This document shows positions 11,755-24,149 of a stretch of 64,000 nt of DNA, piece after piece. Position numbers and translations under genes: made by a program. Origin of the DNA: Gekko japonicus (taxonomy: Eukaryota). Each line of letters opens with the position of its first letter. Positions within the stretch are counted from its first letter, which is position 1. Below the pieces are notes generated by a model. It was not told the DNA's origin, searched no databases, and worked only from the letters and a program-made list of their open reading frames with translations. Location of the stretch: the NCBI RefSeq assembly GCF_001447785.1, contig NW_015174324.1:276004-340003 (forward strand), read 5' to 3'.

Positions 11755-13361
11755 AGTGGCCAAGCACTTCTTTCTTTATAGCTCCTGGCTTCCTTGGAGA
11801 AAGGGATTTTGAACTTGGTGCAGTCATAGCAGCTGAAAGCTTCAGTTTATCAGGCTTCTTGTCTACACAAGACCCACTAGCAGAGAACTGGAAGACGTCA
11901 CTTTCTGCTGGAGAGCCAAAGTCTAACTTGGGCTTCTGTGAGAAACAGTGTTTGGCATGATAGTGCTGATGGGCAACTGCAAGCTCACTGAAATTTCTGT
12001 TGCATGCTCCACATCTCACAACATACAATTCTTTTTCAGCTTTGTTGACTGTGTGGCCTGCAAGATGATTAAGCATGTCAGAATGGCTTTGTGTTGTTGA
12101 AGAGCATGAGGTGCAGCGAAACCACAGGTTACCTTTTGCAAGCATGGCTTCTTGGCACTTCTTGTAATCTGCTTTTCTATTTTCTTTGGAGATGTATTTC
12201 TCTCGACAGCCACAGTTTAGAAGGCTGCTTTCTTCTATCGTCTCAAAGATTTTGATTGATGTTTCTGCTGCTGCAGACACACATATGTAATCTGTGCTAT
12301 GGAAACCCTTAAAGTGAAGTAAAAACTCTTCCTCGACATCAAAAAAGAGGTCACCACAAAATCCACAGAAATGTTTAATCTGTATAACATTATTATGCTT
12401 ATCCTGGCAGTGTCGGTGCAGTGTTTCTATTTTCCGAAATGTAACTTTACACATGGCACAGCTGTATCTGTGAAAATGATGGCTCTCTAGTGACATGCAA
12501 TGCTGTTTCACAGTATCTTCCGAGTCAAAGACTTCCTCACATAAGCAGCACTGCCATTTCCCTTGGTGAGACAGTTCCTCAGACAGGTCCATTGGACTTG
12601 CAGGTGGAGACAGCTCCATAGGGGTCGAAGACTGGTTTTCTATCTCAAGTGATTTATCACAGACTGAGTCTGTAAGTCTGTCAAAAGATAAAGCATGCAC
12701 ATCCTCACTAACATACTTCTCACAAAAGTAGTTATGTCCACCATGAAATTCAGTCACGTGTGCCATTACATCATCCGCTTTCTGAAGATCTACATTGCAG
12801 GACTGACACCAGAAGAGGAAATCAGCCAAGTGTGCTCCTCCATGGAACCTGCTCATGTGCAAACGGATGATGCTTGTACTTTCTGCAAGCTTCCCACACA
12901 CAGCACACTTGTGGCATATTCTGTTTGAAGAAAAAATATGTTTTTCTACTAACTCTTCAGAAGGAAATGTCAGATGGCATTCACACATCCAGGTTTTCAC
13001 GGTGTGGGCATTACAAGTCTCTTGGCTGTTGTCTTCCAAAACCCTTTTTTGTTTTGAAATGGTTTCACTCTGATCATCCATGGCCAAAGATCGCTTCAGA
13101 GGAGAAGACTTTACAAGGCTTCCAAGTTTCTTAAGGTAAGAGACATTTTTATTGGCATGGCAAAATATCAAGATTGATTGTTCCATTGTAGTGAGAATTT
13201 TAACCTTGTGCAAGGTTTTGCAAGTATGCTGACTGACACCGTTGTAATCAACAAACAGCTCATTGCAGCTCTGACAGAAGCCTTTCACTTTAAATATTTC
13301 AGCAACTTGGGAGATATTCTTTTCTGACACAGCTACTGGACCGGCATTATGACAACGAGTT
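11755..13361 (-). CDS. ZNF451: ZNF451 exon 10, large multi-C2H2 zinc-finger exon
   Basis: 1607 nt open frame (ORF track 11651..13330), phase 2->1; IRLHMSRFHGGAHL, GKWQC, KIETLHRHCQD and GNLWFRC match human ZNF451. Confidence 0.97.
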
Positions 13362-13982
13362 CTGTAATTGGAAAGGAAACAAACAAAAATGACTTTGCAG
13401 CTGTAACTCTAAACATGTTCCAGTGTCCACTCAAAAGCAGTAAATATTCTTGATGCCAGCTTTGTATTACAGTATAATTTACTTTTTAAATCCAGTTTAA
13501 GACTACCCATACCCTTCTGCCACAGAATGCCTCCTATTCTTGAAGTAGACATCTCAGAACATCTGTCAGAATCCTTTAAAACCATGACTGGCAGCTGGCT
13601 CAGTGCACTGAAAGCAGTACATGACTGCTGTCTTAGCCTTTTAAAAGGCAGAAGTGAACACACACACTATATATATGAAAAAGTACAAATATTTATTAAG
13701 GTGTACACGTGTTAAAACATACATTCAAAGACCTATGGCCCATCACTAATACCAGGAGTCCAATTATAAGTAGACAAGGTAACTTTATCTTTAATAGAAT
13801 CATTTTTTATGTAATAATGGTTTCTTTTATACATTTGGACAAAATAATGATGTTGTTTCTCTCCCCCCCCCCCTTTATTTTTCTTTGAACAATTTCAGGA
13901 AAAAACATCTGGTTTAATTATATGGATACTAGAATTCTGTAACAGGTCTTTGAATGTATGTCTATAATATATAGATAATAGT

Positions 13983-14024
13983 GACCACTGAGGAAGGCCC
14001 TTAGGGGCCGAAACGCGTATGGTC
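13983..14024 (+). ncRNA. Minimal type-I hammerhead ribozyme (Penelope-associated)
   Basis: GACCA-CUGAGGA-A-GGCCC-uuag-GGGCC-GAA-ACGCGU-A-UGGUC: stem I GACCA/UGGUC, stem II GGCCC/GGGCC, palindromic stem III ACGCGU, intact core, GUA cleavage triplet. Confidence 0.8.
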
Positions 14025-14328
14025 TTCAGTTGTAAAGTTTTTACCCATCATTTGTATGTAGAGTGGACAAGCTGTTACAGTCTGATTTTAGACAAAGCAA
14101 TTTTTAATCAGGAAAGTTTTAACATGTGTACACACACACACCATTGCACATTACTGCTTTTCCAGCAGTGGAAATACACTTCGGCATTATGGTTGACTAT
14201 TCACAGTTCTGTTTAGACAAACAAATGACAAAGGACACACAAGAACAGAAGCTGGGCTTAATATCCAACAGCTGTTTAGAAAGATTGATCTGAAGTCAGA
14301 TTTTACAAGTGTTAAAACTCTCACAAAC

Positions 14329-14476
14329 CTGAAATGTGCTGTTAGCTCCACATGGGAACATAAATCCTGATGGCAGGATGTACATTTTACTTGGAATGGA
14401 ACTTCATTGCACAAGGAGATAAGAAGATTTTTTGCATAGGCTGGAAAAGGCAAAGGAAGTGGGGTCCCCGTTTTAT
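14329..14476 (-). CDS. ZNF451: ZNF451 exon 9 (PFPAYAKNLLISLCNEVPFQVKCTSCHQDLCSHVELTAHFR)
   Basis: 148 nt, phase 1->2, AG/GT; homologous to human AKKLLISLCKDVPFQVKCVACHKTLRSHMELTAHFR. Confidence 0.95.
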
Positions 14477-15846
14477 CTGCAATAGAATGCAAAGACAACA
14501 TGTGCTGGAAAAGTCTACTTAGAGGTATAAAATGGACTTCAAATACAGTATCACCAAACTGGAATGACCAAAGGTCATCTAGTCCTCAGATCAGATCCAC
14601 ATATCAGCCCAACCCCTCCCCTCAAACAATATTCCACTGTACTACCTGCAAAGCCAAATAGGCAGGAAGGTAAGAGATTTTATGTAGCAGTGGCATCAAG
14701 GTCATAATGCACCATGTACAACATGCAGTAAATTTCCAATCAATTCTTGCAAAAAAAAATAAAAATCCCCAAACCCCAGGCTTCTATGAGCATTTAGCTG
14801 GTGCACAGCATGAAGATTCTCCAGAACAAACAGTCTCAAATTACTGAAGTGAGAAAGTAAATCAATTGCATGAATCAAGCCAGGACGAGTAGTGTGGGTA
14901 GCTAAACACTGATTGCTGCCCAAAGAGAAAGGAAGCCCCTCTCCCCAAGATTAGTCACAGTCACATCCAGAGCATCTGTTGGAAGTAACTGCAAGAGCAA
15001 TTTATTTGGCCCATCTTGACCCCATAAGATGAGGTGGTTTTGTTCTTTATTTTAACTGGGCTTCAGTGTTATTTTATACATGTGCCTCAAGACTTCATAA
15101 GTTGTATGTTATGGAATATTAACATTAACAAGAAGCTAATGCCCCAGAGAAAGCAGAAAAAAGGAATTCCAAAATGATAGGCAGGATAAAACAAGCTCTG
15201 GAGGCTCTATAAGAATACAATACTTAGGGACTGCCAAACGGAGTAGTGTAAAATACTTAAATATTAAAATGCGTTTAAACAAAGTTTGGCAGGTGGCTCA
15301 ATTTGAAAACTCAATTTTGCTTATGGGTGGAAACCCTTTTATGATTATTGGTATCAGAACCTACAGTTGGACTTTGATTTATTTAACTGTGTATGTTTGA
15401 AATTGTGTAGCTAATATAATAATTAAGCTTATGGGAAAGCATTCTTGAATCTGAGTATTATATTTTACTCCCCCCCCAAAAAAAAATATTTCACTGAAAG
15501 AGCCTTTTCAAATTAATATTCCAAGTTATGTTCTTTGTGTAAAATTACACTAAATATTTTTTTAAAAAATACAATGCTTGGGGAATTCCTTTGCCCAGCT
15601 GCATGCCAGCACAGAGGAATTCTCCCCTCCTGCTACCACAAAGCACTTTCTGCACCTGTGGCACCTGTGAGGACCTCTACCAAGTTTCAAAGACTCAGAC
15701 AAACACCCTCACAAAACTGCCCTTTTCTTGCATTTCTTCCTCCATTTCAAGTTTCTCAAACTCTGCACCTGTCTAGCTCCACTTTGGGTTAAAAATTCCT
15801 GGCCTAATCCATGAATCTTATATTCTAATAGCCAAGTGCAGCCCAA

Positions 15847-16567
15847 TCTATGGATATCTAAATTCATGGATCATGGTCACATGGACTGACATGGTTATAA
15901 TCAACAAACGGCTCATGGCAGCTCTGACAGATGGTTCTGCAAACTTTGGGGACCCCCAGGTTTGCAGAAAAGTCTGAAAATACATTGGGTTTAAATCTCC
16001 CCCACCAAAAAAAAAAAGTTTGCCCACACCTGTACTGAGGCTGCAATGCTGCAAGCAGGGAGACAGGTGGGGAAGTCACCAGCCCCATTACCATTGAGGG
16101 TGGGAAGCTGCCAGGTGGGAAAGCTGCCACTGTTGCTGTGGGGGGAAGCTGCTGGGTGGGCAGCTGGGAGAGCCACAATTGCTGGACGTGGACGGCACAG
16201 AGAGTCACCATTGCTGTGTTTGCAGCAGAGCTGTCAGGCAGCCAGAAGAGCCACCAGGCGAGTGGCTGGAAGAGCTGCCACCACTGGCATAAGGGGGAGA
16301 AGCTGCCAATGAGAGGGCAGCAAGGAGAGTTGCCGCGGGTGGGGGCAAGCTGCTGGGTGGCTGGGAGAGTGACGGAATGGGGGGGCAGCGGGAGAGTGAT
16401 GGGGTGTGGAGGCAGAAGCAACTAGTATGGAGGAGAGAGAATAACAGAAGGGGTGACAGGAAGAAGAAAAAAATGAGAGACTGAGAGAAGTAAAGGTAGA
16501 GAGGAGGAAGCAAAGGTGGAGAGAATGGGATGGCCATTCCCACAAGTTTCTTGCAAGTGACCACCTG
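15847..16567 (+). mobile_element. Non-autonomous Helitron-like element carrying a ZNF451 exon-10 fragment
   Basis: A|TCTAT 5' end; 3' degenerate hairpin CCCACAAG-TTT-CTTGCAAG then CCTG|T; GC-rich low-complexity interior. Confidence 0.55.
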
Positions 16568-17091
16568 TATTCTTCTATCTTTGATAATTATTTACAAGAA
16601 AGTAGAGCAGTACTTAGTACATCAGGGCTGTGCCCAGAAAATTCCCATACAGCAATCAGGTATATTTTAGGGAATTCACATGCATCAAATGAACAATGCA
16701 AGTCCTAGCTATTTTATTTAAAACAACAAATGCCCTTGGGGTAAAACAACTCATTTCCTGACATCTCTCTCTCTCTCTTTACCAGATTGGCAAAAGTATC
16801 TGCAGTTCAATAATGCAATAAAAGTTGTGGAGTCAGCACATCCAGACTTCAGAGCCTTCTATCTTATGTAAGACTGCATTTGGGCATCCACCTCACAGTC
16901 CTGCTTAAGACAATACTACCACATTTTTTTCAGTTTGAAAAAGAATGTGTGATGAATGCCTCATTCACCACAAGAGTACTACTGTAATCCTAAAACAGAG
17001 TTGCACACTTCTAAACCTACTGAAGTCAGTGATCTTACAAAGGTATAACACTGCTTAGGACTGCATTGTAACAGCACCATATATAGTTATA

Positions 17092-17806
17092 CTAGCTCAA
17101 AACCCATCCTTCACTACAGTATTTAACTACCGTAAATTCAGCTATAATACTTCTGTGGAGAAATACATTTTATGGTTTAGGACGGGCTTTTTGGTTTTTT
17201 GAATTGGTCTTGTAATATAACAGCACAGTATCCGGGAGCCTTCTTGGGGACAGTAAAAGGTGAGAGGCGTGAGGCAGAGTTGGACTGAGGGAGGGGTGAT
17301 GTGTTTGACACTTCTTCAGGTTCACAAGGGAGCCACATATTGAAATGGCTCCTAGAAAGGTCCTGCACCATCTCCCCATGCACATTAATGAACTGTATTG
17401 CCATACCGACTTTTTTGAGAAACCCGTATTCAGGAGTCTTGAATCACTGATGTTATTGTGCAGAAGACATAACTTCCCTGAATACCAACTGTCTTCAACT
17501 GTCTGCAGTCTCCTGCAACTTGTTTTTACCTCAGAATGCTGAGCTCCACATCTGACCAATCAGAGAGGCGGGGGGGGGGTGTGCAAGCAGGCAGCAGCCT
17601 GCCAGGCACACAGCAAAGCTTTACCCCTTTGGGAAAACATATTTTACCCCTTTTCACTCCCTTAGGGGTCAAATTTCTAAAAATCCCTTCACAGTGGGCA
17701 CTGACATCATGGAAGGAGAGCACTTCCCAAATTTCGTGTTCCTAGATCCAGGGGTTTGGTCTGGGCATTGATGAGTCAGTCAGGACACCTGTTTTTACAG
17801 AAAAGA
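17092..17806 (-). mobile_element. Non-autonomous Helitron
   Basis: Minus-strand A|TC 5' end at 17806 with ATGAGTCAGTCAG and AAATTTC motifs typical of small Helitrons; 3' CTAG|T at 17092 with a decayed hairpin. Confidence 0.55.
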
Positions 17807-18387
17807 TAGGTTGCTCAGCTATGAAGAGCCAACTGGAGCAGGGGCAATTAGAGATGAGCAGTCAGCCTATTAGGATTTAGCCTGAGAAGAGAGAAAGAGA
17901 TAGGGATAAGCACCAGTGTAGGGATTAAAGGTTTTACATTAAGTTTCAGGTCAGTGCAAGTTTCCCTATACTATTCTGAAAACTCAAGAAGCAGTAAAGT
18001 TTATCTGAAAATTACTTGAAACTGTAACCTATGAAATAAAGTTTCTTGGCATGTGTAGTCTAGGAATGACTCATTTACCTGAAAGTTTGTTACAGTTATT
18101 TGTTTAAATAGTTGTTATTTATTGTTCAAGAAAAACCTTTGTGTTGACTTTACCTCACACGTACTGCTTTGGGCTACAGGCTTGAGAGTTTTATATCCAA
18201 GCTGTTGTAGGATGCATCCTACAACAAGCTTCTTTTGGTGTCCCTCGTGTGGTGGAGAGTGATCTGAGGTAGTGTGTGAGGCAAAATTTTTAAGGACCCG
18301 CTCCAGATAAGTCACATCATGATTTTCTGTAAATAACCAAATAATGCAGTGTGTGTTCACACCAGATATTAAAAAGAAGAAACATAC

Positions 18388-18541
18388 CACTCAGTTTAAA
18401 ACAGTGAGAAAAATGATTCTCTCCAGACATATGTTGCAGGCACTCATCTCTTAGGCTAAAAAGAAGGAAACAGCACGGGCAGGCAAAAAACTGAATATGC
18501 TGAGGAGGATAATTTCTTTCATGGCCATCATTTTCATTTGC
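18388..18541 (-). CDS. ZNF451: ZNF451 exon 8 (ANENDGH...FACPCCFLLFSLRDECLQHMSGENHF)
   Basis: 154 nt, phase 0->1, AG/GT; homologous to human FACPNCFLLFSRKEECSKHMSGKNHF. Confidence 0.95.
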
Positions 18542-18634
18542 CTGGAAACTGGGGGGGGGGGGGGGGGAGGAAACAGAAAAAACCCTCATTTTTGTAGATA
18601 CAGTGGAGGTTTATTAACTGCTATTACTGGAGAT

Positions 18635-18984
18635 GGAGCTGCGGTGGCTCGAGTGGTTAAGACGCTGAACTGCAGGCTGTGGAAGGTCAGTAGTTCAGCA
18701 GTTCGAGACCCGCGTGTGCCGCATGACGGAGTGAGCTCCCGTCTCTGGTTCCAGCTCCTGCCAACCTAGCAGTTCGAAAGCAAGAAATTGCAAGTAGATA
18801 AATAGGTACCACTTCGGTGGGAAGGTAACAGCATTCCATGCACCTTGGTGTTTAGTCATGCCGGCCACATGACCACGGAAACGTTTTCGGACAGCGCTGG
18901 CTCTTCGGCTTTGAAACAGAGATGAGCACTGCAACCCTAGAGTCGGATTCGACTGGCTTTCGAGCAAGGGAACCTTTACCTTTT
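18635..18984 (+). mobile_element. Sauria SINE, full length
   Basis: tRNA head, GCCAACCTAGCAGTTCGAAAGC core, (ACCTTT)n tail; perfect 13-bp TSD TATTACTGGAGAT (18622-18634 / 18985-18997). Confidence 0.92.
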
Positions 18985-19487
18985 TATTACTGGAGATAAT
19001 TTTACAAACTGCTATGGGAAGACTGTTCCCAATATTAGAATTCACAGGTAGATAATGAGAAAACAATTCTAGTATTTTCTTTCTTTTAATACCACATTCC
19101 TAAATGTCTTCTGCAGCATACATATACATAGTAAAAAGGAGAAATTCCAATCCCAACCAAAGAGTACAGTGGCTGAACTGCTAAGGAATTTTCAAAATCA
19201 AGTAATCCATATGTACAGACATTGATAGCTGTAATATTTTTTATCTGTTCATGACTGACAGATCCAAGGTGAGCTTCATGATTCAGTGGGGGTATGATCT
19301 CAAATGCTAAATGCTATACAGTCTTTCCTCCTAAGCTAGGTGAACTATAAAGAATCAAAGATAAATTCTACATCTTAAGAGTACCTCTGAAGAGGTTAAT
19401 ACATAGGGTCTCCCTCTGAATGTTATTCTTTGGAGGGGAAAGAACTTGCCATTTTCTTTAAAATAACTCCTATCCTCAAATTCTTAC

Positions 19488-19614
19488 CTTAGATAAACAG
19501 TGATCACTATATTGTTGAGAGGTAGAAAATCTTCCATTACAGACTATACAGGCAAAAGAACTAGATGGAGGTCCATGTAGTGTAACTGCTGGGTTGCATG
19601 GGGAGTGATCAAAC
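19488..19614 (-). CDS. ZNF451: ZNF451 exon 7 (FDHSPCNPAVTLHGPPSSSFACIVCNGRFSTSQQYSDHCLSK)
   Basis: 127 nt, phase 2->0, AG/GT; homologous to human FDHSPCDPTITLHGP...FACVVC. Confidence 0.95.
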
Positions 19615-19908
19615 CTAAGAAGATAGTTAATTGGAATCATATGTATAAAGACATGTTTTAATAAACAATATGAATTCTGCATTTGAAAACTGCCCATTTC
19701 ACTTCAGAGTAAAAGCAACTTTAGCCCTGTCCTGTATCTTCATTTAATATGTACCAAGTTCACTAAAGGACAGTGTGAAAAATTCTTAATATACACAAAA
19801 GTAAAAAATTCCTGTTTTTCATCTATGAGAAATTTGGATGTAGCATTTGAAGCTCCACACGATACCCCATCTAGTGGCACATTTACTTGGAGCATAAAGA
19901 AATGTTAC

Positions 19909-20056
19909 CTTTTAAGGTGGCCTAGAAGAAGATATCCATTGTCAAACTTCTTGTTGCAGTGCATTATGGGGCATAAAATGGATTTACTGCCAGATGGTGT
20001 TTGGGCTGATTTTCGAGGTAACATTCTTCCTGAGTTTACAGTACCTGGCTTGAGAC
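19909..20056 (-). CDS. ZNF451: ZNF451 exon 6 (includes ILCPIMHCNKKFDNGYLLLGHLK zinc finger)
   Basis: 148 nt, phase 1->2, AG/GT; matches human ILCPIMHCNKEFDNGHLLLGHLKR. Confidence 0.95.
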
Positions 20057-20333
20057 CTAAGGTATGAAACAATTATATTTAATATATTGGGTGATTATGC
20101 TTCAGAACAACCCAGAGTTAAACGAGAAAATGAAAATGGACCTGTGCTGATGTGATACACAATTTACCTCATGACTTCATGATAGCTATTTATACATACA
20201 AAACACAATTAATATTTTGTAATGCTGTTTCTGTATTAGAAGTTGGGCTGCTATTGCACTTATTTGATGGAAGCTGTTTATCAGTTAGACTAGACAATAA
20301 CCTGAGCAATCACTTTCTATCAAGGGAGGAGCC

Positions 20334-21100
20334 TGTCCGGAGCCAGGACCACTGGAACACCCACGACCACACAGCTAGACATCCAGGGACCCAGAGGCTT
20401 CCCCACTGCCCCCCAGGCCCAAGACTCACCCACTCTCCAGCATGGGAGCCCCACCAGCAGCAGGCTCCCAGGACCATCAGGGGAGCCCGGGAAAGACCAA
20501 GCACACTGGCTAAGCCTGGCAAAGCCATGCAGTCAGCAGAGGTCGATCCCAGAAGCTCTAGCAGGGCAGCAGCCACCATGGTGAGTGGGACAAGCATGGC
20601 CCATAAAGTCTGCCGGATCTGGTGCACACCTCTGGCAGCTCACAGAAGGCCAGTCATGCTACAGCCCTGGGAAGAGCATGCGGAAGCCAGCTCTACTGTC
20701 AAGGGAGTAGGCCACCTCCAGGCAGGTGCATGGCTACTGCAGGGAGGAAGGGCCAGGCCTACACTGCAAGGCAGGTGAGGGAGTGGGACAGGAACCCAGG
20801 TTGGTGCTCCAGAAAGCCTATGGCCCAAGGCCCCTAGTGATGAATAGGAGCGGCAGCCATGGGCAGAAGGGAGGGGGGAGGGACATCTGACAAGGAAAGA
20901 GGGGTCTAAAGGAGACTCTAGGAGCAGACTAGGAAGGAATAGCCAGGGAGCCTGAGCTGGCAACTGAAGGCCACACAGGAGGAGGGCAAGCGTGAGTCCA
21001 ACCCCCTCACCTCCCATTCTGAGGTCTGCGGAGCATCCCAGTGAGGCAAGCGCGATGGTGGAAGGCAGCGTCCCCCAGGGGGTGTCCTCGGGGCGTGACA
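20334..21100. mobile_element. GC-rich solo LTR (Gypsy-type)
   Basis: TGTC...GTGACA ends; 5-bp TSD gagcc/gagct. Confidence 0.75.
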
Positions 21101-22867
21101 GAGCTCCTTACGGCTAATCTATATATTAATAGTAACTTTGTACATTTAGACAGATGGGTAGAGTCTATGAGGGTGAAATATCAGGCAAGCTAACTTAAGC
21201 TATGAGTAGAAACTCTCAAAGTTTGTCAAAATAGCACAATAGTAAAACCAATCTCTTCCATTTTAATTCCTAGAACCATTCTGTAATCTTTATGCATACA
21301 CGATCTCTTTAAAAATAAGCTGATTTCCACAAGCTGAGGAATTTCAGACGTGTCAAAAATATAACATCTGCCCAGAAAAAAATGAGAGCATGTGAGACAC
21401 ACACCCACTTTTCCTGACTGAAACTTAGTATGTGAAGAAGTCCTTTATAGGGGTGGTGTCTGGGGTCCTAGTTTCTCAAATACAATTGCCACAAATTCTT
21501 ATGACTGGAAACAACTTCACTCTCACCAAAAGGCTAAAGTGAAGAGAGGCAGCGCATCAGTTTCTCCACAAACCTTGGGGATGGAGGTGCAGTCATTCTA
21601 CTGAGAAACAAAACCTAAGAAGAAACACCTCTAAACTTTTACACAGCCCTTCAATTCCAGATGTTCCTATGCAACTGAAGACCCTCATCTAATCCACAGG
21701 AAAGCTCAATTCCAGTCCTTTAAAGCTTTAGAATGGAGCTGGTAGGTCATAATCCACAATTAGTGAGGTAGGAAGACACATGATAGAGCAGCTTTGTGAA
21801 GCTAAGGAAGTCTGGGTGTGGTCAATGCCTGAATGGGAGTCTTCTTCCGAACCCGTTGTATGCTGCCTTGAGTTCCATGGTAGAAGAAAGGATGAATATG
21901 AAAATAATCAAGAAAACAAACAAAGCTTGGACTAAAAACTTGCCGAAGATTGGCTCAGCTATGCCTGGGAAACAACTGTGATGACAGTGTGTCACTCCTT
22001 CCTAAAAATCTGTTTTCTCTGCATTTGAAATTGCACTCTGTGGGTATAACCAAACTCCAGGAGGCTGCCAGCTAGCAAGATGACTTAGTAGGTAAACAGA
22101 TTTTCCATCCCGGAAATAAATGCAGAGATGCCACAAAGTCTGTCCAACTAGCTTGAACAACCTGGGAATGGCCCCCATTACCTCTAGATTAGCCATGGCA
22201 AACCAATCAGCATGATACGAGGGGAAGAACCTCCCACTTTCCCTCTGCAAACAAGTCAGTGGGATGAAGAGGCTCCAAAATTCCTGTGATGTACAAAACA
22301 GTGGACTTGGAGATCCCCCAGAATTACAACTGAACTCCAGACAAGAGAGATCTGTCCCCCTGGAGAAATGGGGTGAACTCTGTGGCATTATATCCAGCTG
22401 AGGCGTCTCCCCTTCCCAAGCTCCGCACTCCTCAGACTTCACCAAAAATCCCCAGGAATTTCCCAACATGGAGCGGGTAATCCTTGTCCCAGGCCTGGCT
22501 CCAAACCCCCTACTATTTAGCTATTCATACTGCAGGAGGAATCCTCCCCAATCCAAGTTCCAGTTCTGCTTTTGCTTCCTGCCCTCTCTCTCTCTCTGGC
22601 TATCAGTCAGTCTGTGTCTCACAGCTGACACAGCAGGGCCCGGAGTAGATCCCTGCAGCAGCCATTTCAAAAGGTATTTGGGGAGGGAGGGATTTAACCC
22701 TCCCTGAGTCTGTTTGCTTTTTTACTTTTTGGATTTTTCTGCAGACCCATGGAGTCCCCTGAATCTGTAGAAACACCTGTTGGGGGAGAGTGTGCCCCCA
22801 TCTGCTGAACTAAGTAACCACACACAGAGGGTGCTGTTGAGAATTAGATATATAGATTAGGTTACAG

Positions 22868-23460
22868 CAGGGGTGCCATATGGCCCGCAGGCCAGATCTG
22901 GCCCCTGCACGGCTCCTATCCAGCCCATGAGCAACTGGCTCTCTGCTGCTTCCTGTTCCTGCTTCCTTCATTGCAGCTGCTTTTGCCCAGTTTCTCCTAT
23001 TTCCTGCTTTGCAGAGGAGAGAAAGAAAGCCAAACCTCCCTTTCCTCCATTGGCTGAGGGCTCCTTCTCCGCCTCCAGGGGGGGAGGGGGGAGGAGAGAG
23101 AGAGAGAAATGGAGTCCCCTTCTCTTTTGAGAAGATCAACAACGTTTTATTCCAGGTATAAGCTTTTGTGTGTGTGCAGACTTCTTCAAAGGAGGGGGGA
23201 TGAGGAGGAAAGGGGGGGGGAGAGAGAGAGAACGAGAACTGTGTTTAAGACCAACAATGTTTTATTCCAGCTTTTGTGTGCAAGCACACTTCTTCAGAGA
23301 GAAAGGGAGGGGAAGAGAGGGAAGGAAAAAGAAAGAGCCAGAGAGAGCATGCCAGAGAGGGAGAGAGAGAAAAATGGAGTCCCATGGCACTTGGAGAGAT
23401 CTCCCTTTTCATTTCTAACAGATGGGGGGTGGGGAGAAACCTAACAGCACAGCTTGCATT
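22868..23460 (+). mobile_element. hAT-type MITE 5' part with embedded Penelope fragments
   Basis: CAGGGGTG...GGCCCGCAGGCCAGATCTGGCCC start typical of hAT MITEs; similar to 57219-57600. Confidence 0.5.
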
Positions 23461-24078
23461 CTTTATTACTGGAAGGGAGCGAGAGTCCAGCGAGAGTCCA
23501 GTAGCACCTTAAGGACTAACAAAATTTGTGGCAGGGCATGAACTTTCATGAATGACTGCTCACTAGGTTTTCTGTCTCATTACCAATGCTGATATCTTCA
23601 CACCTACTACTTCTCTGCATACCACTCCCAATGAGTGAAGGCCACCCCTTGACTGTCCCTGTGGTGGTGGTGGCAGTGATTCTGCAGCCCCCTCCTGAAT
23701 TTTCGACCAGTGCCTCAGAATCACTAAGACTGCCCCTGCATGTTTATGCTTTGATTTCTCTTCAGCCTTAATTTTACTTGAGCCTCTTGACTCCCCAATG
23801 TCCACCTGTGCAATATACATTTCTGTCTCTAAATAAACTCCTTTTTAAAAAGAAAAGCCTGAAATCACTGATACAACACTTGAGCATCCCGTCATGCTTC
23901 TAAACAGCTCTGCAGACAACCCAAGGAAGGAAGGAAAGGATTAACTTCAGAGTTTGGTTGGTTTGTTTCACAACTCCTTAGCCCAAAAAGAGTCCCACCT
24001 ACCTATAGCTAGATGCAGTAACGTCTTCTCACAAATCATCCTACTGCTGGTGACAGCCAAAGTGTCCCTCCCCTACAC

Positions 24079-24149
24079 NNNNNNNNNNNNNNNNNNNNNN
24101 NNNNNNNNNNNNNNNNNNNNNNNNNNNNNNNNNNNNNNNNNNNNNNNNN
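24079..24149. other. Assembly gap
   Basis: Run of N. Confidence 1.

Noticed and set aside
15864-16421. 185-aa ORF ending in a ZNF451-like CxxC peptide as an alternative exon
   Set aside because: Mostly low-complexity repeat; the exon-like part is about 16 codons followed by a stop; no convincing splice sites.
18635-18710. tRNA gene
   Set aside because: It is the tRNA-derived head of a Sauria SINE.
20152-21017. 208-aa and overlapping ORFs
   Set aside because: Lie within a GC-rich solo LTR with TSD; open by composition.
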